IMG/VR virus record: IMGVR_UViG_3300031992_000005
Location: 1 to 64,000 of that record
Length of the DNA stretch: 64,000 bases
DNA from: a virus
Direction: 5' to 3' (one strand)
Part shown: positions 26,209 to 35,954 of the stretch, one piece after another
How positions within the stretch are numbered: position 1 is the first letter of the stretch
How the letters are laid out: each line of letters begins with the position of its first letter
The notes under the pieces: model-generated
The model's input: the letters and a program-made list of their open reading frames with translations, nothing else
Told to the model about the DNA's origin: nothing
The model's database searches: none
Translations under genes and position numbers: made by a program

Positions 26209-27432
26209 ATGAAAAACCAAAAACAGATTTTAAGGACATTAACTTTGTTAATTACCTTATTAGTCATATTGATTGTAGGGTATTTTTCTTGGAGAAAATT
26301 AAAAAAGCTTTCCCAAAAGAAAACTACATACAAGGAAGATGAAAATTTCTTTAGAAAGAGTCACCTAGACCTAATAAATGAGAAAAAAAACAAAGAGGAA
26401 AATAAGGAAAAGGTAGATGAAGTTTCTGAAGAAGATAATAAAAAAACAACCGAAACAAAGAAGAAAAGAGCGGAATTAATTGATAACTTAAGTTTGGATA
26501 TAGCTGAAGCAGTTCTGGACGAAGGATTCGTGAGTCTAAACGTTCATACAAAGCCTAAAGATCCAGAGACTTCTCTGAGATGGGCTTTCGTAAGACTCGA
26601 GGTTGCAGAATATGAAGGCTATGGAAGTGATCCAGGAGGAATTCAGGTTCTCTTGGATTTCAGAATCCCAAAAGGAGCATATCCACGGTTTAATAAATTT
26701 AGTCGAGGAATTACTCCGATACCAAACGAATTTGATTTTATAAAAACATTATTGGGCGAAAGAAAGAAGTCAGAAAACGGAGAAATAGTCGAAGTCAGTG
26801 GCGGTTGGAAAGAGCGCTTTGAAGAAAGACTGAAATCCTTCGTTAGTGATGATTTGAAGTTGATTTATAATCCTGGTAAGAGTCCTAAGAAGGTACTTCT
26901 TCTTGAGGTAACATTTACAGAACAGTGTAATGGTAAATCAATTAAAAGATCTGAAACGATAGAATGCCCAAGACCACTTTGGGAAAATAATATATTTGCA
27001 GATAGACAGGTAACTGATAAGGATGTAAATCCTAATTCGGAAAAAGGTTTGTATTTCAACATTATGAGAATCTTAGAAAAAGATCGTAATAATGAAGGAA
27101 TACTTATTGATGATGTTTATCTTTCAAATAGAAACATTAAAAATCTTAGAATTGTTGGTGCATACTTTTCTATTAGATTCACGTATTTCTGGCAAAGATC
27201 AGAACGGAATATTTCCGGAATAAATATGGAGCAGCTAATGGATTTATTGCATGCAATATTTACAGATGAAAGCTATGCAGTATCGGTAGGTGAATATAAG
27301 TTCCGGTGGACAAAACTGGCATTGATCGACCCGTATACAAATTGGACTGATGAAGAGTGTAAAGAATGTGCATTCAGGGAGTCAGTTGAGGGCGATGATG
27401 AAGATTACTTAAATTCAAAACCATACTTCTAA
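26209..27432 (+). CDS. membrane-anchored hypothetical protein
   Basis: 407 aa with an N-terminal TM (LTLLITLLVILIVGYF) followed by a charged K/E-rich linker. Confidence 0.65.
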   Translation: MKNQKQILRTLTLLITLLVILIVGYFSWRKLKKLSQKKTTYKEDENFFRKSHLDLINEKKNKEENKEKVDEVSEEDNKKTTETKKKRAELIDNLSLDIAEAVLDEGFVSLNVHTKPKDPETSLRWAFVRLEVAEYEGYGSDPGGIQVLLDFRIPKGAYPRFNKFSRGITPIPNEFDFIKTLLGERKKSENGEIVEVSGGWKERFEERLKSFVSDDLKLIYNPGKSPKKVLLLEVTFTEQCNGKSIKRSETIECPRPLWENNIFADRQVTDKDVNPNSEKGLYFNIMRILEKDRNNEGILIDDVYLSNRNIKNLRIVGAYFSIRFTYFWQRSERNISGINMEQLMDLLHAIFTDESYAVSVGEYKFRWTKLALIDPYTNWTDEECKECAFRESVEGDDEDYLNSKPYF

Positions 27433-27477
27433 AAAAAAGAATGAGGGCTAGGTAAAAACCTAGTCCCTTTTCTTTTT
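27432..27477. terminator. bidirectional terminator between convergent genes
   Basis: GGGCTAGG/CCTAG(T)CCC stem flanked by A8 and a T-rich run. Confidence 0.65.
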
Positions 27478-27667
27478 ACACCTTGATCTTTAATACTTTT
27501 TTGCCCAATCTTCCTTTATAGACTACGACTTCATACTTTTCAAGATCTTTTGCCACAAAGCCCACATTAGCTAACCTAATATCATCTAATGTTACTTGGC
27601 TTCGATCTTTTCTACAATCGATATCATTATCGTCCACAATAAGGGCATTTAATGTCTTTCTATCCAT
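27476..27667 (-). CDS. hypothetical small protein
   Basis: 63-aa ORF downstream of 27673-28299. Confidence 0.45.
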   Translation of the reverse strand: MDRKTLNALIVDDNDIDCRKDRSQVTLDDIRLANVGFVAKDLEKYEVVVYKGRLGKKVLKIKV

Positions 27668-27672
27668 AATTA

Positions 27673-28299
27673 TTACATATCAATTTCAACTACATTACCT
27701 AGACTTAATCTAGTATTACTTCCTTGTAGTTCTGATTTAGGTTGAGGAGTTTCTGTATCTATAATGGAGAAAGTATCTAGGTTATGCTTCCCAATTAATC
27801 CTTTGTCCATATAAGTTCTAATTGTGTTTGCCATTATGTAGAGAGAGTCTTCTTTTGCTCTATTTCTAATATTATCATAGAGTTTTGTGATTACTTTCTT
27901 TACTGTCATAGCTTCTCTCAATTTAGAAAAACTTTCAGTTTCCTCTAATATAAGTAATATTTTTCTAATGATACAAATATCAGCATCAGCAGGACTAAGT
28001 CCTCTTGATACTAATCTTGTAAAATTTTTCTTTAGGAGAGGTTTATAAAGATATAGGATTTTCCCATAAACTTCTAAATCCTCTTCACATACGTCCTCAT
28101 TGGCTTTATGGAACGCTCCTCTAATACTATTGATATAAGACTTTACTATACCAAATTTTCTATTCTCTTGGGCAAGTAAGTCTTCAAGATCAATACATAA
28201 ATATTCTACCACATCTAATAGGCCGGAGAGATATAGGTTCAATTCTATAGGTTCTTCTGACCCAACTCTTTGTGATAGATCAAATTCTTTTTTATTCAT
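27673..28299 (-). CDS. hypothetical protein
   Basis: 208-aa ORF. Confidence 0.6.
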   Translation of the reverse strand: MNKKEFDLSQRVGSEEPIELNLYLSGLLDVVEYLCIDLEDLLAQENRKFGIVKSYINSIRGAFHKANEDVCEEDLEVYGKILYLYKPLLKKNFTRLVSRGLSPADADICIIRKILLILEETESFSKLREAMTVKKVITKLYDNIRNRAKEDSLYIMANTIRTYMDKGLIGKHNLDTFSIIDTETPQPKSELQGSNTRLSLGNVVEIDM

Positions 28300-28389
28300 A
28301 TTCTTAAGTTGTTTTTCTTATTCTTAAGGTATTTCTGGCAGGAAAGATCCATTTATTCCCTTACAAATGTAATTTAAATTTCAGATTAT

Positions 28390-28971
28390 ATGTTAAACAT
28401 TAAGATTAGAAGTACAATACTGAAGAATTGGCTGAAAAATGCAGAACTTCCTCAGCAGTATTTAAAAACAAAAACAGAGATTGAAAATTATCTCAAAGAC
28501 TTAAGTTATTTTATATTATCTGATAGTGCTAAGGAATATATTAGGTTATATCCAAATAAGTATCGCCTGCAAGATGTTATCTACTACCGTCCTTTATACG
28601 AGGTCTTATCCGAACTTGGATATGATTGTAATAAAGAAAAATGGGATGTAGATTATATCTCCGCTTATAGGTTTACTGATAACTTTAATTTTCAACTAAT
28701 TGATGTCGGATTTAGTTATACTGCAGGGTTTGAATTCCCCACAAATCCTCCGTACCTCTGGGAAAATGATAAAACATCTATTCTAAATTTAAAAAAGATT
28801 TTATCAAAAGAGATTTTTGATGAGTTGATAGAAAAGTTTCTAGTTGCTGAAAAGACAATTTATCAGTTTGCAGAAGCATTAGATCTTCTACGGGGGATAT
28901 TACTTGATGAAGAATTATCTTTGACAAAATTAAAATTCTTAAACGAAAAATTAATTCAATATTATGTTTAA
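28390..28971 (+). CDS. hypothetical protein
   Basis: 193-aa ORF. Confidence 0.6.
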   Translation: MLNIKIRSTILKNWLKNAELPQQYLKTKTEIENYLKDLSYFILSDSAKEYIRLYPNKYRLQDVIYYRPLYEVLSELGYDCNKEKWDVDYISAYRFTDNFNFQLIDVGFSYTAGFEFPTNPPYLWENDKTSILNLKKILSKEIFDELIEKFLVAEKTIYQFAEALDLLRGILLDEELSLTKLKFLNEKLIQYYV

Positions 28972-29809
28972 TGTAGAGAAACTAAAGAGGTATGAATTAT
29001 GTCGTAGTTTTCCAGAAGATATATACTTAAAATATACCTCTCCTTATTACAATTACCTAAAACGGGTTTTAAGTAATAAGACAAAGTACCTAGGAGTAAT
29101 TGCATTAAAACTCATAAAAAAGTATGTCCTAGATATTGATTCACTGGCCAAATACCTAGATGATCCGGAATGTAATAGAATAATACAGGGTTTTAATAAT
29201 AGCGCAGACTTGAGTATAGTATCTATCTGGATAACTGACGATGATAGACTTAATATACGTAGACTCAGTTTCTTAGATATAGATCAACTTGGAAAAGAGG
29301 TGTCTTCGTTACCTTATCTTCATAAATTCCAATATTATCCGGGAAGGCCAACTTTTCACTATAATGAATTAGGTATACCAGATCAAGTCGCATCAATTAT
29401 TGGGAGTGTTGATCTAGACCAAAGAACTCTAAAAATACCAGATGAAGAATGGTCTGAATTGATGAGTGTCTTTTGGGAATACGTAAAGTGTCTATTTAAT
29501 AGAGAGGTTATGGAAATTAGGTGTAGGGAAAAGTTAAGTAGCCTTGAACTTATTACAGATTCTGAAAATAACAATCTGTATAGATTTTATGTAGAATTAG
29601 GTGAAAATGCAATTCTTGATTACCTGAACCTTATGGGACGTGATCCTGCAGAACTATTCGATACTCCAGATTATAAGACCGCAGGTGATAGATTAAGGGA
29701 ATATATAAAATGTTTTGATGAACCATCAGGTATTCTTGATAATCCTAGAGCAATAAATAACTTTTCGGATAATCTGAGAAATAAACTTGATAAGTTTTAT
29801 AAATTTTAG
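28964..29809 (+). CDS. hypothetical protein
   Basis: 281-aa ORF. A strong terminator hairpin starts at its stop. Confidence 0.6.
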   Translation: MFNVEKLKRYELCRSFPEDIYLKYTSPYYNYLKRVLSNKTKYLGVIALKLIKKYVLDIDSLAKYLDDPECNRIIQGFNNSADLSIVSIWITDDDRLNIRRLSFLDIDQLGKEVSSLPYLHKFQYYPGRPTFHYNELGIPDQVASIIGSVDLDQRTLKIPDEEWSELMSVFWEYVKCLFNREVMEIRCREKLSSLELITDSENNNLYRFYVELGENAILDYLNLMGRDPAELFDTPDYKTAGDRLREYIKCFDEPSGILDNPRAINNFSDNLRNKLDKFYKF

Positions 29810-29842
29810 GGATAAGATTTAATATCTTATCCCCTTTTTTTT
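29809..29842. terminator. terminator between convergent genes
   Basis: GGGATAAGAT/ATCTTATCCC 10-bp stem plus T8. Confidence 0.8.
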
Positions 29843-31037
29843 ATCTTAATACCGTTAGTCTGGCTCTTATATTACCGACTGCATCTGAGTCAGTCATATT
29901 GTTAATACAAAAACCTCCTTGTCCATAAACACTGTTAGATTCTCCGCCAACTAGGGCGATACCAATAATATCTGGATTCTCTTTCATGCAGGCACCCACA
30001 CCAAAGCCAGTACTACTAGAACCACCAAATTCAGTTGGAATACCTAGGGTATCAATGTTCGAAATGTACGTAGCTCCAAAAGTAATCTTACCAGAAACAT
30101 CAGGATAAACATAGGCTGAATTAAGATCTTCAGTCATATGTTCTTCCTTAAACTTAACTCTATAAGAATCTCCCTTACTATTCCAACCTGTTACCCAAAG
30201 ATTTTTATATCCGTGGATAGCATTTTCAATATTCATGAAACGATAAGGTTGATCCCCATCATTACGAAAACCATTAGCTACTCCAAGAGAATCTGTAGTT
30301 CCATTGGTGAAATTATTCCATGTATTAATTCCCTCGAAGATTTCATGGTGTAGGAAAGTTTTATAATAAGCTGAGAATAAATATGTCAGAACGATATGTT
30401 CCCAGTAAGTTTCTTCAACTAAGTTAGGATTAGTGGCCTTCATTAGGTCATTAATCATTTTTGCACTCCAAGGATCAGAGCAATTCTTCCCAGAGGTACA
30501 AACTATCCTAGTTCCATCTTCGCTAACAGTACTATCATACCTACCGAAGAGCTTTGTATAGCATTTTCTAGTATTATTCCAAGTTCCGTTAAACCATTTT
30601 CTGAATTTTTGTGGACAGCCATTATTAAAATTAAATCTAACTTCAATAGTCTGGTTAATAGTGTCCTTAAAAATACCAATATTAACTCTAGGAATTTCTA
30701 CTAGTTGTAAGTAATCCTCATCTCCAAGATGGCTAGGGGAACCATTCTGTAGTTTAGTCAGGTCTTCCTGTTTTAGGTAATTAAATTCTGTTCCATCATA
30801 CTTCATTTCACAGGGAAGAGCTTCTGTTTCTACCCACGTCTTAAAAGTATCATGTGACATTGTCCCTAGAATTCTAGGAGTTTTGATAAGATCCTTTTCT
30901 GACCATCTCATAATTAGTTCATCACAATAATGAATCTTACCACCTACTAAACAAATGCTTGGATATCCCCAACCATCTTCCGATAGGTATCTTTTATAAT
31001 CTTGTTCAGTTCTAAATTTTTTTACATTACTTGACAT
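29841..31037 (-). CDS. hypothetical protein
   Basis: 398-aa ORF with a G/S-rich C-terminus. It lies in the same block as the LRR protein. Any tail or host-recognition role is only a guess. Confidence 0.65.
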   Translation of the reverse strand: MSSNVKKFRTEQDYKRYLSEDGWGYPSICLVGGKIHYCDELIMRWSEKDLIKTPRILGTMSHDTFKTWVETEALPCEMKYDGTEFNYLKQEDLTKLQNGSPSHLGDEDYLQLVEIPRVNIGIFKDTINQTIEVRFNFNNGCPQKFRKWFNGTWNNTRKCYTKLFGRYDSTVSEDGTRIVCTSGKNCSDPWSAKMINDLMKATNPNLVEETYWEHIVLTYLFSAYYKTFLHHEIFEGINTWNNFTNGTTDSLGVANGFRNDGDQPYRFMNIENAIHGYKNLWVTGWNSKGDSYRVKFKEEHMTEDLNSAYVYPDVSGKITFGATYISNIDTLGIPTEFGGSSSTGFGVGACMKENPDIIGIALVGGESNSVYGQGGFCINNMTDSDAVGNIRARLTVLR

Positions 31038-31046
31038 AATCTAACC

Positions 31047-31691
31047 TTATTTTCTACATCCACAATTACATTCTGGAGTTCTACTACCAACTCTCCATCC
31101 GGCGGTTGTAGTATTAGCAACGTCATATCTATCGTATTCTTCATCCTCCGGATAAACGCCGCTTGTATATTTCTCCCAATCTTTGTAAGTTTCACCCTTA
31201 CCACAGCAGCAAGGACAACCTTGAGATACAGGATCAACGAGGAGGCTAGCATACATGATCTTAAGTCTAGTAATAAGACAGCTCATGACATTAGTCCAGG
31301 TAAAAATGAATCTATCTTGATCGTAAGAGCAAGTACAATCTTCTTCACTATTTTCATCAAGTTCAGTTACTTCCGATGAATCAACTGGAGAAGTATCAAT
31401 GCCAATTTGTTCGGCCAATATTTTTCCATTATCATCCACAATTAAGTCTGCACCATCTTTAAATATATCAAAGACTTCCTGCAATTTATCTCTAATGTCA
31501 GCATCTTCACCGAGATCTACTAGTCTTTGTACTAAGTATTTTATTGTGTAAGTTAGATAGGGAGCTAGTTCTGGCCTAATTTCCCAATCTGCTACACCAA
31601 TTCCAAGTAATCCGAATAAAGAGTTAACTGCACTCTTATATTCATAATAGCCGGTTTTAGGATTCCACTTCATCTCCCCATTCTCCTCCAT
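31047..31691 (-). CDS. hypothetical Cys-rich protein
   Basis: 214 aa. The C-terminal half has CPCCCGKG and CNCGC clusters. Confidence 0.6.
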   Translation of the reverse strand: MEENGEMKWNPKTGYYEYKSAVNSLFGLLGIGVADWEIRPELAPYLTYTIKYLVQRLVDLGEDADIRDKLQEVFDIFKDGADLIVDDNGKILAEQIGIDTSPVDSSEVTELDENSEEDCTCSYDQDRFIFTWTNVMSCLITRLKIMYASLLVDPVSQGCPCCCGKGETYKDWEKYTSGVYPEDEEYDRYDVANTTTAGWRVGSRTPECNCGCRK

Positions 31692-32034
31692 CTATTACAT
31701 AATTTACCATAGCCCAATTCTCTCTATCAACCCACTCAATCTCGTCTGTACTTTGACCGTTAAATGTATATTCAACCCAGTCTCCGTCGGTATCAATAAA
31801 TTGAATTGTTGTTCCTATGGATCTTCTTTCTTCTGGTATACTGAGTACTGCATTATTCCAGGTAAAAGGCTCAGTAGAATTTTCTTCAAAGTTTATATTA
31901 ATTTTCCCTTTTAAGAATGAATTTACTGTTCTAACTAGTCGATTTATAGTATCATTCATTACATTTAAATCTTGACTAGATAGCCTTTGTCCTACAGTAA
32001 AAGATACACCAGTTTCTCTTAATAGCCCGTTCAT
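31657..32034 (-). CDS. hypothetical protein
   Basis: 125-aa ORF. Confidence 0.55.
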   Translation of the reverse strand: MNGLLRETGVSFTVGQRLSSQDLNVMNDTINRLVRTVNSFLKGKININFEENSTEPFTWNNAVLSIPEERRSIGTTIQFIDTDGDWVEYTFNGQSTDEIEWVDRENWAMVNYVIDGGEWGDEVES

Positions 32035-32039
32035 ATAAA

Positions 32040-32228
32040 TTAATCAAGCTTTAATACATCCAAGTATCCGCTATTTTCATTAAGAGTGGCATCTGATGTC
32101 TTACCCTCAATAGCTTTTTTATACATTTTTGCAGCAGAACCATCATCATAGATTTCTGTTCTTTGATATGGCTTAGATTTACGATTCTGCCTACTTGGAA
32201 GTTTCATAGATTTAACTGATTTAACCAT
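32040..32228 (-). CDS. hypothetical small protein
   Basis: 62-aa basic ORF. Confidence 0.4.
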   Translation of the reverse strand: MVKSVKSMKLPSRQNRKSKPYQRTEIYDDGSAAKMYKKAIEGKTSDATLNENSGYLDVLKLD

Positions 32229-32547
32229 TGCTCAGCTCAACAAATTCTAAATCTCTTAAAGTAAATGTCCTATTACAAATTTCTTCTAATTCAATAATAG
32301 TATGACATTTGCCATCCACTGTTATCCTGAAGCCTATTTTTTTTATTGTAAAAAGCTCATTCTTTTTTCCATGCCAAAGATGATTATTCTGCATAGTCAA
32401 GGATACTACTTTTACTTTGGCTCCAATGATATTTTCATAAGCAGCAACTCCGGATTGTTCATCCCTTGAAATAAGTCGCTGATCATCTATACAAAATCCT
32501 TTCATTCTTTCTCTCCTTTTGCTAAAGAATCTACATAAGAATTCCAA
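32221..32547 (-). CDS. hypothetical protein
   Basis: 108-aa ORF. Confidence 0.5.
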   Translation of the reverse strand: MEFLCRFFSKRRERMKGFCIDDQRLISRDEQSGVAAYENIIGAKVKVVSLTMQNNHLWHGKKNELFTIKKIGFRITVDGKCHTIIELEEICNRTFTLRDLEFVELSNG

Positions 32548-32981
32548 TAAGCATCTCTTTGGAGAACGCTTTTCTTTTGATGTCCCTTAACCCAAGCAAA
32601 AGTAATATTTATTTTCTTAGTCTGAATTATTTTATCAATATCATCCTTTATAATCTTGATATAGCGCTCCTTTATTCTCCAAGAACCATTCATCCAATCT
32701 CTAACACCCTGATAATCGGCATAAAGAGTAACATGTGCTCCCCCGGGTATATTGAATGATTGAAGAGCAACCAAGACTCCTAGCATTTCTGCTGTTGGAT
32801 TACTTACTTCAGAAGTTCCTAGGTATCCTTTTAACCAATCCTGTGCTAATTCTTTGGAGAATTTATCCAAGATTGTACCAAATCCACTTCCAGAGGGATC
32901 TACTAGGATACCGCCACAACCAAGTCTTTTACTTGTATGCTTTAAGTGAGATCCATCTGTATATATTTCAAGTTCTTTCAT
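32502..32981 (-). CDS. rnhA: ribonuclease HI
   Basis: 159 aa. IYTDGS, AEMLGVLVAL, LYADYQ, WVKGH and NSYVDSLAKG match the RNase H DEDD pattern. Confidence 0.8.
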   Translation of the reverse strand: MKELEIYTDGSHLKHTSKRLGCGGILVDPSGSGFGTILDKFSKELAQDWLKGYLGTSEVSNPTAEMLGVLVALQSFNIPGGAHVTLYADYQGVRDWMNGSWRIKERYIKIIKDDIDKIIQTKKINITFAWVKGHQKKSVLQRDAYWNSYVDSLAKGEKE

Positions 32982-33433
32982 ATTGTTATTATTCCTTTCT
33001 CGGATTTAAATTCAAACGGCTCTAGGTTTAGGTTAAAATCTTTTTTACAAAAGTCCCTAAACTCGGTCGTGCCTATGTCACAGAGATCTCCTAAGTTAAG
33101 TAAAAATTCTTCTAGGTTCTTCTGCTTTAAGTTACTGTGAGTCTTTACAAAAAGATATGTAAATTTATCAAGATTATCAATTAAGGTATCGGGATCTTCT
33201 TCTAATATAAAGGCTCCACTATATACATATAATGAATCTATTAGGTCTATCCAGTCCCAAGATATAGAAAGAGAATTTCCTTTACTTAAGTAATATAAAA
33301 TACTTCTTGTTGGCTTTTCTCGTAGGATTATATATTCATTCCTAGATATAACAATATCTTTTAACCTGGTGGGACTTTTACCTTTACTGTAATCAAGAGA
33401 AAGAAAATTCTTTAAAATTTCTCTATTCGTCAT
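32978..33433 (-). CDS. hypothetical protein
   Basis: 151-aa ORF. Confidence 0.55.
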   Translation of the reverse strand: MTNREILKNFLSLDYSKGKSPTRLKDIVISRNEYIILREKPTRSILYYLSKGNSLSISWDWIDLIDSLYVYSGAFILEEDPDTLIDNLDKFTYLFVKTHSNLKQKNLEEFLLNLGDLCDIGTTEFRDFCKKDFNLNLEPFEFKSEKGIITI

Positions 33434-33695
33434 CTTTCAAATTACTAATTAAAGTTTCCATTGGCCAACCACTTCTCACTAGAATGGTTTTTGTATCCCA
33501 AAATAATTGAAAACCTGCACTATCACATATATGTACAATACCTAGGCGGTCATATAGCTCTTGTAGGTCTTCTTCATTATAGAAAGTTATTCCAAGAACT
33601 CCTCCAAGCTGATACGTAAAAATCACACTCCTAGGAAATAATTCAGCTTCAACAAGAAGATCTTCAACTTGTTCTTGTATTTTTTCTTCTAACAT
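33423..33695 (-). CDS. hypothetical protein
   Basis: 90-aa ORF. Confidence 0.5.
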   Translation of the reverse strand: MLEEKIQEQVEDLLVEAELFPRSVIFTYQLGGVLGITFYNEEDLQELYDRLGIVHICDSAGFQLFWDTKTILVRSGWPMETLISNLKDDE

Positions 33696-33714
33696 AAATC
33701 ATATGTTTTTTATT

Positions 33715-34926
33715 TTATTCAATTGGATAAATATCCGATGCGTAAGTACTCCAACCTTCGGCTGCTTTATATACATCTAGACTTTCAGATGGGACGTAGA
33801 ATTTACGACCAGAGGCGTTACCTTCGAATACAGTAATACCCAATTCTGGTGGAGTTGTTGCTAGAATTGTTACGCTAGAAAGATTATTATTATTGTAAAA
33901 TGCATTTTTTTTAATGCTAGTAACTGAGCTTGGTATAGTAACTGCAGTCAAACTATTAGCTGCAAATGCACTTTCGTCAATAATTTTAATACTATCGGAA
34001 AAAGTGATATCTGTTAATGAACAAGCAGCAAAAGCCGAATTACCTATTGACTGTACCCCATATAAAAATTCAACATTTTTTAGATTACTGCAACTTACGA
34101 ATGCTTGTTCAGCTATATTAATGATTGAGCCCGGTATTGTAACCGAGGTTAAACTACTGCAAGTACCAAATGCCATATAGTCAATGCTGGTTACTGAGTC
34201 AGGTATCGTAATAGAAGTTAAGGCAGAACATCCTTGAAATGCCTGATTACCAATACTTGTAACTGAATCTGGAATTGTAATGGAAGTTAAAGAAGAGCAA
34301 CCACTAAATGCTCTACTACCTATACCAGTAACTCCGTCACCTAAAGTAATACATGTTACCTTTCTACAGCCTGAAACGAGGTCATTAGGAACATCAATCT
34401 TCGCATTAAATATTAATTTACTAAACACTTCACTATTATAAATTCCCTGAAGAATTGCAGTTCCTATATAAGTGACTGAACTAGGTATCGTTAGTTCAGT
34501 TAATTCAAAACATCCACCAAATGCGCTATCACCTATACTAGTAACTGAATCTGGAATATTTATGGTTACTATTCCACTACCACCAAAAGCACCCTGACCA
34601 ATACTAGTAACTGAATTTGGAATCATTACTTCGATATTTCCACAACCAACAAATGCACTGTTACCAATACTAGTAACGGAGTTCGGAATTATTACTTTTG
34701 TTAAATTATGGAGTCCACTAAACATGCTTGGAGGAACGATAGTACTGTCTACTAAACTATACTTCACTGTATGTTCCCCCAGTGAATCAAAGGTATATGT
34801 CTTAGTAATTTCAGTTAATTCGATCCCATCGACCTCAACGTTAATGAAATCACCTAGGGATACAGAATTGACACTACTAATTATCTGTGTTGCCTCTTCT
34901 GTACTAGTAACATTAAACTTAGCCAC
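33715..34926 (-). CDS. BspA-type leucine-rich-repeat (LRR_5) protein
   Basis: 403 aa with about 10 repeats of the IP.SVTSIG..AF.GC..L type. The only start in the ORF track is GTG. The frame stays open upstream to 34974 (see the G10 tract). Confidence 0.8.
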   Translation of the reverse strand: MAKFNVTSTEEATQIISSVNSVSLGDFINVEVDGIELTEITKTYTFDSLGEHTVKYSLVDSTIVPPSMFSGLHNLTKVIIPNSVTSIGNSAFVGCGNIEVMIPNSVTSIGQGAFGGSGIVTINIPDSVTSIGDSAFGGCFELTELTIPSSVTYIGTAILQGIYNSEVFSKLIFNAKIDVPNDLVSGCRKVTCITLGDGVTGIGSRAFSGCSSLTSITIPDSVTSIGNQAFQGCSALTSITIPDSVTSIDYMAFGTCSSLTSVTIPGSIINIAEQAFVSCSNLKNVEFLYGVQSIGNSAFAACSLTDITFSDSIKIIDESAFAANSLTAVTIPSSVTSIKKNAFYNNNNLSSVTILATTPPELGITVFEGNASGRKFYVPSESLDVYKAAEGWSTYASDIYPIE

Positions 34927-34937
34927 GATTCGAGTTT

Positions 34938-35093
34938 CTACGGGTTCAGATTCTCCCCCCCCCCTATGAGGTCCTCACTATTGAGAGATGGAAAGTAATC
35001 GCTCTTAACCCTTTTCTTTACATTCGCATAAATATATTCGCTCAATGTATCTCCTCCTAATTCATGGGAGAAACAGTCATTTACGTTGCTCAT
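34938..35093 (-). CDS. 51-aa leader ORF ending just past a G10 tract (possible N-terminus of the LRR protein)
   Basis: Its ATG overlaps the TGA of the DUF488 gene (ATGA). It reads MSNVNDCFSHELGGDTLSEYIYANVKKRVKSDYFPSLNSEDLIGGGENLNP. One extra G, or a -1 slip, fuses it to 33715-34926. Confidence 0.4.
   Translation of the reverse strand: MSNVNDCFSHELGGDTLSEYIYANVKKRVKSDYFPSLNSEDLIGGGENLNP
34955..34964 (-). repeat. G10 homopolymer on the coding strand (C10 on the plus strand)
   Basis: The only long G/C homopolymer I found in this AT-rich window. It sits at the junction of leader ORF 34938-35093 and the LRR frame. Confidence 0.95.
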
Positions 35094-35515
35094 ATTATTA
35101 TCTCATTTATCCTATTAGTTAATAAGCCAGAATTATTTAGTATATCAGCTAGGACGTGTCTGTGACAATTTTCATAGCTGCTACCATATCCTAAGAGAAC
35201 AATTGCTTTTGCTCCACAGCATTCCACAAGTTGTTCAAAAGTCCTAATTACTTTTTCCAAATTGACCTGGCTTATTTCAATTGCGTATCTTTTCTCAAAT
35301 TCTTCCTGTGTAATTAGGTTATCTCTCTTTGCCCTGAATAATTCATTACTAGGGGCAAGATCTTTCATATGTATTGGAGTATCTGAATATCCTCCAATTA
35401 ACGTAGAATTCTTTATGTTTCTGATTATAAAAATTGGTAAGAATTCTTTTTCAATATAATCCTTTAGTGTTAATGGTGACACGAAGGATGTATAAATTTT
35501 CAAATCTGTTTTCAT
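35090..35515 (-). CDS. DUF488-family protein
   Basis: 141 aa. DLAPSNELFRAK...FEKRY...IVLLGYGSSYENCHRHVLADIL matches the DUF488 pattern (APS..L, F...Y, LLC....CHR). Confidence 0.55.
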   Translation of the reverse strand: MKTDLKIYTSFVSPLTLKDYIEKEFLPIFIIRNIKNSTLIGGYSDTPIHMKDLAPSNELFRAKRDNLITQEEFEKRYAIEISQVNLEKVIRTFEQLVECCGAKAIVLLGYGSSYENCHRHVLADILNNSGLLTNRINEIII

Positions 35516-35524
35516 TTACTCGTT

Positions 35525-35950
35525 CTAAAGTTTAGACCCACCAAACTTCCTATACGAGCTTCTAAATCCTGTTGCACTAGCAAATCCTCCTCCAGTTTTC
35601 TGTTTCCCTTTACTAGGGGTGGTGTTAGATTGCTGGTTACTATTGCTGTTATTATTCCCGCTTCCGAACTTTTGGCCGCTAAGCATAAAGCCTGAGGGAG
35701 CGGTATTTAATCTTTTTATTAGTTTCATATTTCCTTCAATAATAGCTCTCATCGTGGCAGAGTCTACGTGATAGGAAATGTCAGGACAATCTAGGAGATC
35801 TACCTTTGACATTCCCGATGTTTGAAGGAAATTATTTAACATAACTAATGCTTCCGTTAGATTAGAAGCTACCATAAGTGAGTCTGTAGTAGGTTCATAG
35901 ACTGCATAGTTGTTCTTTGTTTTATCAAATTTAATAACAACTTCAACCAT
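35525..35950 (-). CDS. hypothetical protein
   Basis: 141 aa with an N/S/G-rich basic C-terminal tail. Confidence 0.55.
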   Translation of the reverse strand: MVEVVIKFDKTKNNYAVYEPTTDSLMVASNLTEALVMLNNFLQTSGMSKVDLLDCPDISYHVDSATMRAIIEGNMKLIKRLNTAPSGFMLSGQKFGSGNNNSNSNQQSNTTPSKGKQKTGGGFASATGFRSSYRKFGGSKL

Positions 35951-35954
35951 TTAG

